Source of the DNA: Candidatus Aminicenantes bacterium
GTDB taxonomy: Bacteria; Acidobacteriota; Aminicenantia; Aminicenantales; Saccharicenantaceae
Reading direction: 5' to 3'
Length of the DNA: 64,000 nucleotides
Assembly: GCA_963725825.1 (NCBI GenBank)
Contig: CAVSAI010000020.1
Span: 26,995 to 90,994 of the forward strand
This document shows, piece after piece, positions 9,708 through 19,363 of the stretch. The translations under genes were made by a program, and so were the position numbers. Under the pieces are notes generated by a model, which was not told the DNA's origin, ran no database searches, and saw nothing but the letters and a program-made list of their open reading frames with translations. Position 1 is the stretch's first letter, and every line of letters begins with the position of its first letter.

Positions 9708-10739
9708 ATGACCAAGCGTGAGCGGGTCGAGCGAACGTATGCCTTCGAGCCGGCCGACAAGCCGCCGTTCGTCCCCGCGATCTACGAGCACAAAGCCCGC
9801 CTGATCGGCCGGTCGCCCTCGGAGGTCTGCCGCAGCCTCGACCTGCTCCTCGAAGCGCTGGACAAGGAGCTCGAGGTCTACGACGCCGACGTCCTGACGG
9901 TCGGCGTCGATGTCTACAACGTCGAAGCGGAGGCCGTCGGCTGCGAGGTCCGTTACTTCGGGCGGGCGCCTGACGTCCCGGCCGTGGCGGCGCCGATCCT
10001 TCGAGGCCCGGGCGGGCTTGGCGGGCTCCGCCGTCCCGACCCCGGGCACGACGCCCGGATGCCCATTCTCGTCGAGGCGGCGGCCCGGCTCGAGCGGGCG
10101 ATAGGGAGCGACATCGTCATCCGCGGCGCGGTGACCGGCCCCTTTTCGCTCGCCTGCGCCCTGGCCGGGACCGAGGCGGTCCTGGTCGCCAGCCTCGAGG
10201 ACCCCGGTTTCGTCCGTGACCTAGTCGCTTTCGCGGCCCAGGTCACGATCGATTTCGGAACGGCGTTCCTGGCCAAGGGCGTCGAGCCCGTCCTGTTCGA
10301 CTCCAAGGCTTCGCCGGGCGCGGCCTCGCCGCGCGTTTTCCGCGAGTTCGTCCTGCCGGCCTATCGCGACCGCGTCGTCCCCGAGCTGCGGCGGGCGGGA
10401 GCGCGGACCCTGCCGCTCATCATCGGCGGCGACACCACGCCCATCCTCGAGGACCTTCTCCAGACCGGCGCCGGCCAGCTGCTCTGCGACGCGGGGGCCG
10501 ACCTGGCCCTTTTCGCCCTGAGGTGCCGGGAAGAGAAACGGGCCTTCAGGGCCAGCGTCGACGCGAGGCTCGTCCACACCGGGCGGCCGGGCAAGATCCG
10601 GGAAGAGGCGCGGGGCATCCTCCATCAGATGGTGGGCCAGCCCGGGTTTCTCTTCGGCTGCGGCGTCGTCGCCTATGATTGCGACCCGAGGAACGTCATC
10701 GCGCTGCGCGAAGCCCGCGACGAGTTCGCCCGGTCCTAG
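9708..10739 (+). CDS. Uroporphyrinogen decarboxylase / MtaA-like family protein
   Basis: YNVEAEAVGC, VTGPFSLA, C-terminal FLFGCG; URO-D TIM-barrel pattern. Confidence 0.85.
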   Translation: MTKRERVERTYAFEPADKPPFVPAIYEHKARLIGRSPSEVCRSLDLLLEALDKELEVYDADVLTVGVDVYNVEAEAVGCEVRYFGRAPDVPAVAAPILRGPGGLGGLRRPDPGHDARMPILVEAAARLERAIGSDIVIRGAVTGPFSLACALAGTEAVLVASLEDPGFVRDLVAFAAQVTIDFGTAFLAKGVEPVLFDSKASPGAASPRVFREFVLPAYRDRVVPELRRAGARTLPLIIGGDTTPILEDLLQTGAGQLLCDAGADLALFALRCREEKRAFRASVDARLVHTGRPGKIREEARGILHQMVGQPGFLFGCGVVAYDCDPRNVIALREARDEFARS

Positions 10740-10777
10740 CCGCGGGCCGCGACCGTCGCCGCCCCTTTCCCCGGCCC

Positions 10778-12004
10778 CTAGGCGAAATGGAGCTTGAGCT
10801 GGCCGATCCTCCGGCCGATGTCGATCCGGCCGCGGCATCGGGCGACACAGGACGCGCACGAGGCGCAGCCGTCGAGCCCCCGGCCGGCCGGCAGGCCCTC
10901 GAGCGCCGCCCGGGCCTGGAAAACATTGGGATAGCGAAGATACATGTGGGCCCGCATCAGCGTCGGGGTTTCCACCCCGGCGGGACAGGTGCCGAGGCAG
11001 CCGCCGCACTGGACGCAATGGGCCATGGCCGTCCGGATATTGCGGTCGGCGAGGAAGGCCTTCTCCTCCCCGGTCAGGGCCAGGTCGCGGGCCACGCCGA
11101 TGTCTTCGTCGAGCTCGCCGAAGTTCGTGAAGCCGGGCACGGCGCAGGCGAAGGCCTTGTTGCGAAGGGCCCACTTGAGGACGGCCGTCTGGACGATGGA
11201 GCCGCCGTAGTAGGCCTTCTGGTCGGCGGGCAGCTCGTCCCTGTACCAGGACTGCATGCACTGGGTCTTCATGGCCACGAGCCCGATGCCCTTGGCCGCC
11301 GCGGCCTCGATGGACTTCGCCAGCCGGTCGTCGTCCTGCATGGCGTAGTTGTAGGCGACGAGAAGGACGTCGTAAGCGCCGGAGCTCACGGCCTCGTCGA
11401 TGCAGGCGGCCATGTTCTGGTGGCAGGAGAAGCCGACGAAGCGCGCCTTTTTCTGATCCTTGAGCTCGGCCAAGGCCTCGAGGAAGCCGGGACGCTTGGC
11501 GTCGTCGACGATGCTGACATCGTGGATATAGATGATATCGACGTAGTCGGTCTTGAGCCGCTTCAGGCTCCCCTCGAAGACCTTGATGAACGCGTCCTTG
11601 AGGGCCGACGGCGAAAGGTTCTCCCGCTGGGCGGGGGGGATGGCCACCTTCGTCGCGATGACGGCCTTCGAACGGGCGCCGAGCTCGCCAAGGACCTTGC
11701 CGACCATCTCCTCGTTCTTGCCGCGCCAATAGCCGGCCGCCGTGTCGAAATGGCGCATGCCCAGCTCATAGGCCCGCCGGACGAGATCGGGATTGTCGGC
11801 GTTCATGACGCCCATGTTGACGACCGGGAGAACGATCCCGGTCTTGCCGAGGGTCCGTGTGATCAGGGGCGCGGCCGCCTTCGGGACCGCGGCCGTCGCC
11901 TGCCCGGCCTCGCCGACGCGGCCCAAGAGGGTCGCCGCTCCGGCGCCGGCCAGGGTCTTCGCGAGAAAATCTCTGCGCTTGAGCGTTCTTTGCGCTGGCG
12001 TCAT
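10778..12004 (-). CDS. Tat-signal aldo/keto reductase with C-terminal Fe-S domain
   Basis: KRRDFL Tat motif, RTLGKTG, FDTAAGY, SLKRLKTDYVD, CVQCGGCLGTCP and CASCASCVARC; AAGGAG SD before ATG 12004. Confidence 0.92.
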   Translation of the reverse strand: MTPAQRTLKRRDFLAKTLAGAGAATLLGRVGEAGQATAAVPKAAAPLITRTLGKTGIVLPVVNMGVMNADNPDLVRRAYELGMRHFDTAAGYWRGKNEEMVGKVLGELGARSKAVIATKVAIPPAQRENLSPSALKDAFIKVFEGSLKRLKTDYVDIIYIHDVSIVDDAKRPGFLEALAELKDQKKARFVGFSCHQNMAACIDEAVSSGAYDVLLVAYNYAMQDDDRLAKSIEAAAAKGIGLVAMKTQCMQSWYRDELPADQKAYYGGSIVQTAVLKWALRNKAFACAVPGFTNFGELDEDIGVARDLALTGEEKAFLADRNIRTAMAHCVQCGGCLGTCPAGVETPTLMRAHMYLRYPNVFQARAALEGLPAGRGLDGCASCASCVARCRGRIDIGRRIGQLKLHFA

Positions 12005-12154
12005 GTCCGGCTCCTTTCCCTGAGAATCGGGGGACGTCCCCTTGCGGATCCGTCTCGATCCAGAGTATTTTATCCGAGTACGGCCCGGAAGCCAACCTGT
12101 TCGGGTGAACCTTCCGCGGCCGCCGGCCGTATACACAGGCGAGGAGACGAAGAG

Positions 12155-12355
12155 ATGACCAAGTTCTTTCTGTGGCTGATCCTTCTCGTGATCTGCTGGC
12201 CGCTGGCCCTGGTCGCCCTGCTGCTGTTCCCGATCGTCTGGCTCCTGCTCCTCCCCTTCCGTCTTCTGGGCATCACCGTGACCGCCGTTTTCGAACTGTT
12301 CAAAGCCGTGATCTTCCTTCCGGCCCGCCTGCTCCGCGGCCCGGGCCGGACCTGA
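12155..12355 (+). CDS. Small hydrophobic membrane protein (66 aa)
   Basis: GAGGAG SD; MTKFFLWLILLVICWPLALVALLLFPIVWLLLLPFRLLG. Confidence 0.8.
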   Translation: MTKFFLWLILLVICWPLALVALLLFPIVWLLLLPFRLLGITVTAVFELFKAVIFLPARLLRGPGRT

Positions 12356-12376
12356 GCGGCCCCGTTCCGGGAGCGT

Positions 12377-12406
12377 TTGCTTTCCGCCCCGCCAACTCCC
12401 TATAAT
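12377..12406 (+). promoter_or_regulatory. sigma70 promoter TTGCTT-N18-TATAAT giving a leaderless mRNA
   Basis: TATAAT at 12401-12406, ATG exactly 7 nt later at 12414, no SD. Confidence 0.65.
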
Positions 12407-12413
12407 CGTGCCG

Positions 12414-14444
12414 ATGGAAGTCCAGGAACACTTCTACGCCGACGACCCGGCCCGCGGCCCGGCGGACGGGAAGACGACCCTCCGGGACGTCGAGTATTTT
12501 TTCCTCGGCAACGGTCTTATCCAGGCGGCCGTCCAGGTCGCTCCGGCGGGGAACGCGACGCCTGTCGGCCTGCTCATCATGGATCCCGATCGCCTCGGGC
12601 CCAAGCGGGCCGCCTTGAGCTTTGACCGGGACGCCGGCATCGCGGCGACGGCGCTGTCGATCACGGACCGGGGCGCGGTCCACGCCGCCCGGGCCGGTTC
12701 GGCGCGGGCCCGCTGGCTTCGGGGGTCGCGCGACCCCCGGGTCGAGGTCGTCTGGCGGAGCGGGCGCTATCATGTCACCGAGCTCTTCTTCTGCCCGGAC
12801 ATGAAAAAGGCGAGGCTCCTGCGCCTGGTCACGGTGACGAGGTCGGGAGGCGGGGCCTCGAAGGTCCGCTTGAAGACCGGACTCAAGGGACGGACGATCG
12901 ATGCCGAATTGACCTTCAGGGGGCCGACCTCGGCTCCCGTCGTCTTCGAGTATCGGCTCGCCAAAAGGGACGGGCGCGCCGAAGTCCGTGTCGGGCTCGG
13001 ATCCGACCCCGGCGCCCGGACCCCGGCCGCGGCCTACTGGGAGACGACCGCGGCCTGCAGCTTTCATGATCCCCTTCTCGACCGCTTCTTCGAAGCGTCC
13101 AAGTTCCAGCTCCGGGCGGCCGTGGCGGCGTCGGGGCGCCTCGACGGCGGCATCTGGCAGTACAATCTCGAATGGGTCCGCGACCAGGCGCTCATCGCCG
13201 TGGCCCTGGCGATGTCGGGCCAGCCGGGGCCGGCCCGGACGATCCTGGCCCGCCTTCTCGCCGATTTCGTCAGCGAGGAAGGCGCCACCCTGGACTCGAG
13301 CCGCCTCCGGCCGCTCGAGGAGAGCGAGGTCGACCAGAACGGCGTCCTTCTCTTCGCCCTGGAGTCCTACCTCGATTGGACCGGGGACGAGGATCTCATC
13401 CGGACGTGCTGGGACAGGATCGAGAAAGTGGCCGCCTTTCCGCTCCGGCGGGAATTCCGTCATGTCCCGTCCGGTCTTCTGATCAATCGCCGCGAGTTCT
13501 GGGAACGCCACAGCGCCTACGGCATCCGCACCGGCATGGAGCTGGCCCACCAGCTTTTCGTCGCCATGGGCCTCCGCGCGGCGGGGCGCCTGGCCGGGCG
13601 TCTCGGCCACGACCTTCAGGCTGTCGAATGGACCGAAGCCGGCACGGACCTGCGCCGGGCCATGCTTATGGACCCGGAATTTTCGCTCGTCGAAGCGGGG
13701 GCGTTCATCAAGCGCCGGGGCATCGACGGCAAGGTCCAGCGGGACATCCGGCCGGATCCCGGCTCCACCCTGCCTCACGACGCCCCTCTCTTCGGGCCCG
13801 GCCGCCATCTCCTCGACCCTGACACCTCGGCCGTGCTCCCGGTCGCCTGGGAGTTCGTCGACCCGGAAGGCCGTCTGGCCGCGAAGACCCTCGCCTCGAT
13901 GGACGTTCTTTGGAACCAGAGATGGACCGGGGGCGGCTACGGCCGCTACCACGTGAGCTCCGAGCCCGACTCGCCCGGCCCCTGGCCTTTCGCCTCCCTC
14001 TTCGTCGCCCGGGCCGCGCTCGAAGCGGGCCAGCCGCGGACGGCGCGCCGAGTCCTGGACTGGCTGGGCCGGCTCCCCGGCTCGCGTCCCGCGTCCTGGT
14101 TCGAGTTCTACGGGCCTCGGCCCGTGCCGCCCTATCCCCAAGTCGGGGTCATCCCCTGGACCTGGGCCGAGCTCGTCTTTCTCTTCGTTCACCACATGCT
14201 CGGCGTGAGGCCCGGGGAGGATCTCCTCAGCCTCCGGCCCAGGCTCATCCCCGGGATCGACCGGATGGAGGGCGACCTGCCGCTGCGGGGCGGGCGGCTC
14301 GAGATCGGCGTCCGCCGGGCCCGCCGCGGGGAGGAGCCCGGCTTCAAGCTCGGCAGCCGCCGGATCCCTTACCATCGCTACGGCCTCGCTGTCGCGCTTC
14401 CCCACAAGTTCGACCGCATCGCCGTCCGCGCCGTCATTCCCTGA
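12414..14444 (+). CDS. Six-hairpin glycosidase (GH15-like) protein
   Basis: YNLEWVRD, EVDQNG, EFWER, GGYGRY, GPWPF motifs typical of (alpha/alpha)6 glycosidases; first gene of a sugar operon. Confidence 0.75.
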   Translation: MEVQEHFYADDPARGPADGKTTLRDVEYFFLGNGLIQAAVQVAPAGNATPVGLLIMDPDRLGPKRAALSFDRDAGIAATALSITDRGAVHAARAGSARARWLRGSRDPRVEVVWRSGRYHVTELFFCPDMKKARLLRLVTVTRSGGGASKVRLKTGLKGRTIDAELTFRGPTSAPVVFEYRLAKRDGRAEVRVGLGSDPGARTPAAAYWETTAACSFHDPLLDRFFEASKFQLRAAVAASGRLDGGIWQYNLEWVRDQALIAVALAMSGQPGPARTILARLLADFVSEEGATLDSSRLRPLEESEVDQNGVLLFALESYLDWTGDEDLIRTCWDRIEKVAAFPLRREFRHVPSGLLINRREFWERHSAYGIRTGMELAHQLFVAMGLRAAGRLAGRLGHDLQAVEWTEAGTDLRRAMLMDPEFSLVEAGAFIKRRGIDGKVQRDIRPDPGSTLPHDAPLFGPGRHLLDPDTSAVLPVAWEFVDPEGRLAAKTLASMDVLWNQRWTGGGYGRYHVSSEPDSPGPWPFASLFVARAALEAGQPRTARRVLDWLGRLPGSRPASWFEFYGPRPVPPYPQVGVIPWTWAELVFLFVHHMLGVRPGEDLLSLRPRLIPGIDRMEGDLPLRGGRLEIGVRRARRGEEPGFKLGSRRIPYHRYGLAVALPHKFDRIAVRAVIP

Positions 14445-14456
14445 GAAAGGACTCCC

Positions 14457-16954
14457 ATGCCCGCAAGAAGGATCCACCTCATTTCGAACGCCCACCTCGA
14501 TCCCGTCTGGCTCTGGGAATGGCAGGAGGGCGCCGGCGAAGCCCTGTCCACCTTCCGCCAGGCGGCCGAGTTCTGCGAAAAGCGCCGGGGCTTCGTCTTC
14601 TGCCACAACGAGGCCGTGCTCTACGAATGGGTCGAGGAGTTCGAGCCGGCTCTGTTCCGCCGCATCCGCAGGCTCGTCCGGGAGAAGAAATGGCACGTCA
14701 TGGGCGGCTGGTACGTCCAGCCGGACTGCAACATGCCGAGCGGCGAATCTTTCGTCCGCCAGGCCCTCCTCGGCCGGCGCTACTTCGCCGAAAAGTTCGG
14801 CGTCGAGCCCCGCACGGCGGTCAACCTCGACCCCTTCGGCCACACCCGGGGCCTGGTCCAGATCCTGGCCAAGAGCGGCTACAGCGCCTATCTCTGCTGC
14901 CGCCCGGGCAACCGCGAGTGCCCCCTTCCGAGCGACGAATTCGTCTGGGTCGGCTACGACGGCTCGGAGGTCCTGGCCAACCGGGCCTCCGCGCATTACT
15001 GTTCGGTCGGCGGCAAGGAGCGGGAGCGGCTCGAGAAGTGGCTGGCCGACAATCCCGTGGGCGATCTGGTCATCCATCTCTGGGGCATCGGCAACCACGG
15101 CGGGGGCCCGTCGCGGAAGGACCTCGACGACCTGGCCGCCATGTCCAAGGAGCGCCCCGATCTCGAGCTCGTCCACTCGACGCCGGACGCGTATTTCGAA
15201 GAGCTCGAGGGACGGCGGGCCGACCTGCCGCGCCGGGCAAAGGACCTCAATCCCTGGGCCGTCGGCTGCTACACGTCCATGTCCAGGGTCAAGCAGGGCC
15301 ACCGGCGTCTCGAGAACGAGCTGTACGCGGCCGAGAAGATGGTGACGACCGCATGGCTTCAGGGCCTCATGCCCTATCCGCAGGCGGCGCTCGCGGAGGT
15401 CCAGCGCGACCTGGCCTTCGTCGAGTTCCACGACATTCTGCCCGGCTCGGCCATCCCGGCCGGCGAGGAGGGGGCGGTGCGGCTGATCGGCCACGGCCTG
15501 GAGACGCTTTCACGGCTCGAGGCCCGGGCCTTTTTCGCTCTGGCCGCGGGCGAGCCCCGGGCGGCGGCGGACGAGATCCCCATCTTCGTCTTCAACCATC
15601 AGGCCTATCCGGTCCGCGCGCTCGTCGAATGCGAATTCGAGCCCTGGGAACCCAACTTCGAGAAGACCCCGTGGGCGCCAGGGTCTACGCCCGGGGCCGA
15701 GCGCTCCCTTCGCAGGCCGAGAAGGAAGAGAGCAACCTCAGCATCGAATGGCGCAAGCGCGTCGTCTTCGAGGCCGATCTCGCCCCGGGGCGCCTGAACA
15801 GGTTCTCCTGCAGGCTCGAGAGGGCGGCCGGGAAGCCCGCGGCGCGGGCCGTCGAGAAGGACGGCCTCGTCACCGTGTCGACGGCCGATCTCACGGCCGC
15901 GGTCAACGCCCGGACGGGGCTCCTCGACGTCTACAAGGCCGGCGGGATCGATCTTCTGGAGCCGGGGGCCTTCTCGCCTCTCGTCATCCGCGACAACGCC
16001 GACCCGTGGGGGATGAAGGTCCGCAGCTTCCGGGCCGTGGCCGGGAGATTCGCCGCGGCGACGCCCGAACAGGCGGCCCGTTTTTCCGGCATCCGGGAAG
16101 GCGGCCTCGAGCCTGTGCGGGTGATCGAGGACGGCGAGGTCCGGACCGTGGTCGAGGCCGTCCTCTCCCACGGCGACTCGCGCCTCGTCCTTCGCTACAA
16201 GATCCCGAAACGCGGCGCCGAGATCGAGATCGACGTCCGGGTGTTCTGGGCCGAGCGCGACACGATGCTCAAGCTCGGCCTCGCGCCCCGGCTCCGGGCC
16301 GCCCGCTTCCGGGGCCAGGTCGCCTACGGCGCCGACGAGCTGCCGTCGAACGGCGACGAAGCCGTCGCCCAGAAATGGCTGGCCCTCGTGTCGGAGACGG
16401 ACGGGGCGGCGCTGACCCTCGTGAACGACGGCGTCTACGGCTCGGACTGGGACGGCGTGGAGCTTCGGCAGTCGCTGCTGAGGTCGCCGGCCTACGCCGC
16501 GGACACCTGGGAAGACAAGCTCGCCGTGGCCCAGGACCGGTTCATTCCCCGGCAGGACATCGGAGAGCGGTCGTTCCGCTTCTGGCTCCGGGGCGGGCCG
16601 CTCGAGGAGCGAATGGAGGCGATCGACCGGGAGGCCCTCGCCCATAACGAAGGACCCTACGTTCTCGCCTACTTCCCGCCCGGGGGCGGAAAGCGGACGC
16701 AGGCCGGGGTCGTCGTCGACGGGCCGGCCGTCGAGGTCACGGCGCTCAAGAGGTCGGAGGACGGCAAGGACATCGTCATCCGCCTTTTCGAGCCGACGGG
16801 CCGGGCGCGGCGGGCCGTCGTCAGGCTCCCGGCTCTTGGCGCGCGAACCACGGTCCGTCTCAAAGGGTTCGAGATCAAGACCCTGCGCTACAACAAGAGG
16901 ACGGGAAAGTTCGCCGAGACCGACCTCCTCGAAAGGAAGCTGCGAAAGGCATGA
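14457..16954 (+). CDS. GH38 alpha-mannosidase (one frameshift near 15675)
   Basis: SNAHLDPVWLWEW, DPFGH, GNHGGG, EFHDILPGS; continues in the second frame as RVYARGRALPSQ...LKRSEDG...RLFE. Confidence 0.92.
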
Positions 16955-18090
16955 CCTCGAAGGAGCGGGTCTACGCCGCCCTCGAGGGCAGGATCCCCGA
17001 CCGCGTCCCCTACGCGGAGTTCGCGGTCGACTTCGACACGGTCGAGCGGCTGCTCGGCCACGAGACGTTCCTCAGGGCCAAGGCCAGGTCCCAGATCGCC
17101 TTCTGGGAGGGCCGGCACGACGAGGTCGCCCAGAGCTGGCTCGAGGACCACGTCGCGCTCCAGAAAAAGCTGCCTCTCGACATCGTCACGTTCCCCATGG
17201 CCACGTGGGAGATGCCGCCGGAGACGGAGGAGCCGCCGCCGCGGCGCGTCGACCCCACGACGTGGGAGGACCGCGAGGGCCGCATCTACAGGCTGTCGGA
17301 AGCGACGCAGGACATCACCTGCGTCCACGATCCGGTGCGCGACGCGAAGGTCTTCACGGCGGCCGAGTTCGAGAAGGACGACGCGCCGGTCCGCCGCGAC
17401 GAGCGGTCCTGGAGGATCCTCGACGCGGTCATCCAGGAATTCAAGCGCGAGAAGTTCATCTGCGGGCCGTCGGGCGGCTCGGTCGGCATCGTCCTTCTCG
17501 GCGGCATGGAGCGGGGGCTCCTCGAGCTCGCGGCCAACCCGGACGCCGTCCGGGCGGCCACGAAGTCCTTCGTCCGCCGGCAGAACGAGGCCGACGCGAT
17601 CCTCATCCATCCCGATTCCGACGCCGTGATGTGGGCCGAGGACCTGGGCCACAAGACCGGGCCGCTCATCGGGCCGGCCATGTTCCGGGACTTCTTCCTC
17701 GAGGCCAGCAAGGAGCGGGCCCGGAACGTCAAAGAGAAGTACGGCAAGAAGATCCTCGAGCATTGCTGCGGCAACATCAACCTGCTCCTGGATTTCTTTA
17801 TCGAGATCGGCTTCGACGCCTATCAGTCGATCCAGCCGACGGCCGGCATGGACATCTGCCGCTTGAAGAAGGACTACGGCGGCCGGATCACGCTCTGGGG
17901 CGGCGTCGCCGTCGAGAATCTCGTCGGAGGGACGCCCGAGGAGGTCCGGGCCGACGTCCGGCGGGCCATGGCCTGCGCCAAGCCGGGCGGCCGGTTCATC
18001 CTCGGCGCGAGCCACAGCGTCGCCGTCGGCACGAAATACGACAACTACATGGCCCTGCTGGACGAGCACTCCAAACTGTGTCAGTATTAG
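16951..18090 (+). CDS. Uroporphyrinogen decarboxylase family (methyltransferase-like) protein
   Basis: MTSKERV..ALEGRIPDRVP, AEDLG, EHCCG, GGRFILGASHS; ATGA overlap with the GH38 stop. Confidence 0.88.
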   Translation: MTSKERVYAALEGRIPDRVPYAEFAVDFDTVERLLGHETFLRAKARSQIAFWEGRHDEVAQSWLEDHVALQKKLPLDIVTFPMATWEMPPETEEPPPRRVDPTTWEDREGRIYRLSEATQDITCVHDPVRDAKVFTAAEFEKDDAPVRRDERSWRILDAVIQEFKREKFICGPSGGSVGIVLLGGMERGLLELAANPDAVRAATKSFVRRQNEADAILIHPDSDAVMWAEDLGHKTGPLIGPAMFRDFFLEASKERARNVKEKYGKKILEHCCGNINLLLDFFIEIGFDAYQSIQPTAGMDICRLKKDYGGRITLWGGVAVENLVGGTPEEVRADVRRAMACAKPGGRFILGASHSVAVGTKYDNYMALLDEHSKLCQY

Positions 18091-18103
18091 CCCGGAGGAC
18101 TTG

Positions 18104-19348
18104 ATGATGGCAGAGCCCGTATCGCTGGTCATGGTCGGCGTCGGCGGCATGGGCGCGGTCTACCTCGAGGCGCTGCTCGCGAGATCGGACGAAGGCCTTT
18201 TCCGGATCGCCGGGGCCGTCGACCCCCAGCCCAACCGCTGCAAGCAATACGTCGAGATGCGGGCCATGGGCGTGCCGTGCTTCGTCAGCCTCGAGGATTT
18301 CTACAGGAACAGGAAGGCCGAGCTGGCCGTCATCTCATCGCCCATTCAAGTGCACATGCGGCAGACGGCCTTCGCCCTGGCCAAGGGCAGTCACGTCCTC
18401 TGCGAGAAGCCCGCGGCCGGCACGATCCAGGAGGTCCGGGCGGCGATCGAGGCGGAGAAGGCCGCGGCCCGCTGGGTGGCCGTCGGCTACCAGTGGTCGT
18501 TCAGCCCGGCCGTGCAGGCGCTCAAGGACGATATCCGCTCCGGGCTCTTCGGCGCGGCCCGCAAGCTCAAGTGCCTTTACCTCTGGCCGCGCGACGAGGG
18601 CTACTACGCCAGGAACGACTGGGCCGGAAAGCGGAAGGACGCCGAGGGAGCCTGGGTGCTGGACAGTCCCGTCCAGAACGCCATGGCCCACGACCTCCAC
18701 AACATGTTCTATGTCCTGGGCAAGACCGGAGAGACGAGCGCCCGGCCGGCCGAGGTCGAGGCCGAGCTCTACCGGGCCAATGCCATCGAGAACTTCGACA
18801 CCGCGGCGGCCCGCATCAGGACCGAGGAGGGCGTCGAGATCCTCTTCTTCGTGAGCCACGCCTCGGAGAATGATCGCGGTCCGGTCGCGCGCTACGAGTT
18901 CGATAAGGCCGTCGTCCGCTGCGACAGCCGGACCTCGGGCCTCTGGGCCGAATTCCCCGACGGGAGCCGCAAGGATTACGGCGTGCCGGACGCCGAGCCC
19001 ATGAACAAGCTCTGGCAGTCGATCGCCGGATGCCGCGAGGAGGGCGCCCGGCCGGTCTGCGGGCTCGAGGCGGCGGCCAGCCAGACCCTGTGCGTGAACG
19101 GCATCCAGGACTCGATGCCGGACATCCGCGATTTTCCGGCCGGGCTCGTCCGGACCGTCGAGGGGCCGGGGGCGCGGCGGCTCGACGTCGAGACCCCGGG
19201 CGCGCGGCGCCGCGTCGTGGACGGGCTCGACGAGGCGCTCACGGCCTGCTATGAGGCCGAGAAGCTCCCGTCGGAGATCGGCCTGCCGTGGGGCGCCAAA
19301 GGGGCCAAGGTCGACTTGAGGGCGTACACGTCATTTCCTTCGCGCTGA
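18104..19348 (+). CDS. Gfo/Idh/MocA family oxidoreductase
   Basis: VGVGGMG Rossmann motif, HVLCEKP, VAVGYQ; GGAGG SD. Confidence 0.92.
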   Translation: MMAEPVSLVMVGVGGMGAVYLEALLARSDEGLFRIAGAVDPQPNRCKQYVEMRAMGVPCFVSLEDFYRNRKAELAVISSPIQVHMRQTAFALAKGSHVLCEKPAAGTIQEVRAAIEAEKAAARWVAVGYQWSFSPAVQALKDDIRSGLFGAARKLKCLYLWPRDEGYYARNDWAGKRKDAEGAWVLDSPVQNAMAHDLHNMFYVLGKTGETSARPAEVEAELYRANAIENFDTAAARIRTEEGVEILFFVSHASENDRGPVARYEFDKAVVRCDSRTSGLWAEFPDGSRKDYGVPDAEPMNKLWQSIAGCREEGARPVCGLEAAASQTLCVNGIQDSMPDIRDFPAGLVRTVEGPGARRLDVETPGARRRVVDGLDEALTACYEAEKLPSEIGLPWGAKGAKVDLRAYTSFPSR

Positions 19349-19363
19349 GGGGCGCGGTTAAGG

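Noticed and set aside
19156-19210. Short tandem duplication VEGPGARR/VETPGARR in the Gfo oxidoreductase
   Set aside because: Real but small, in frame and probably a neutral loop duplication.
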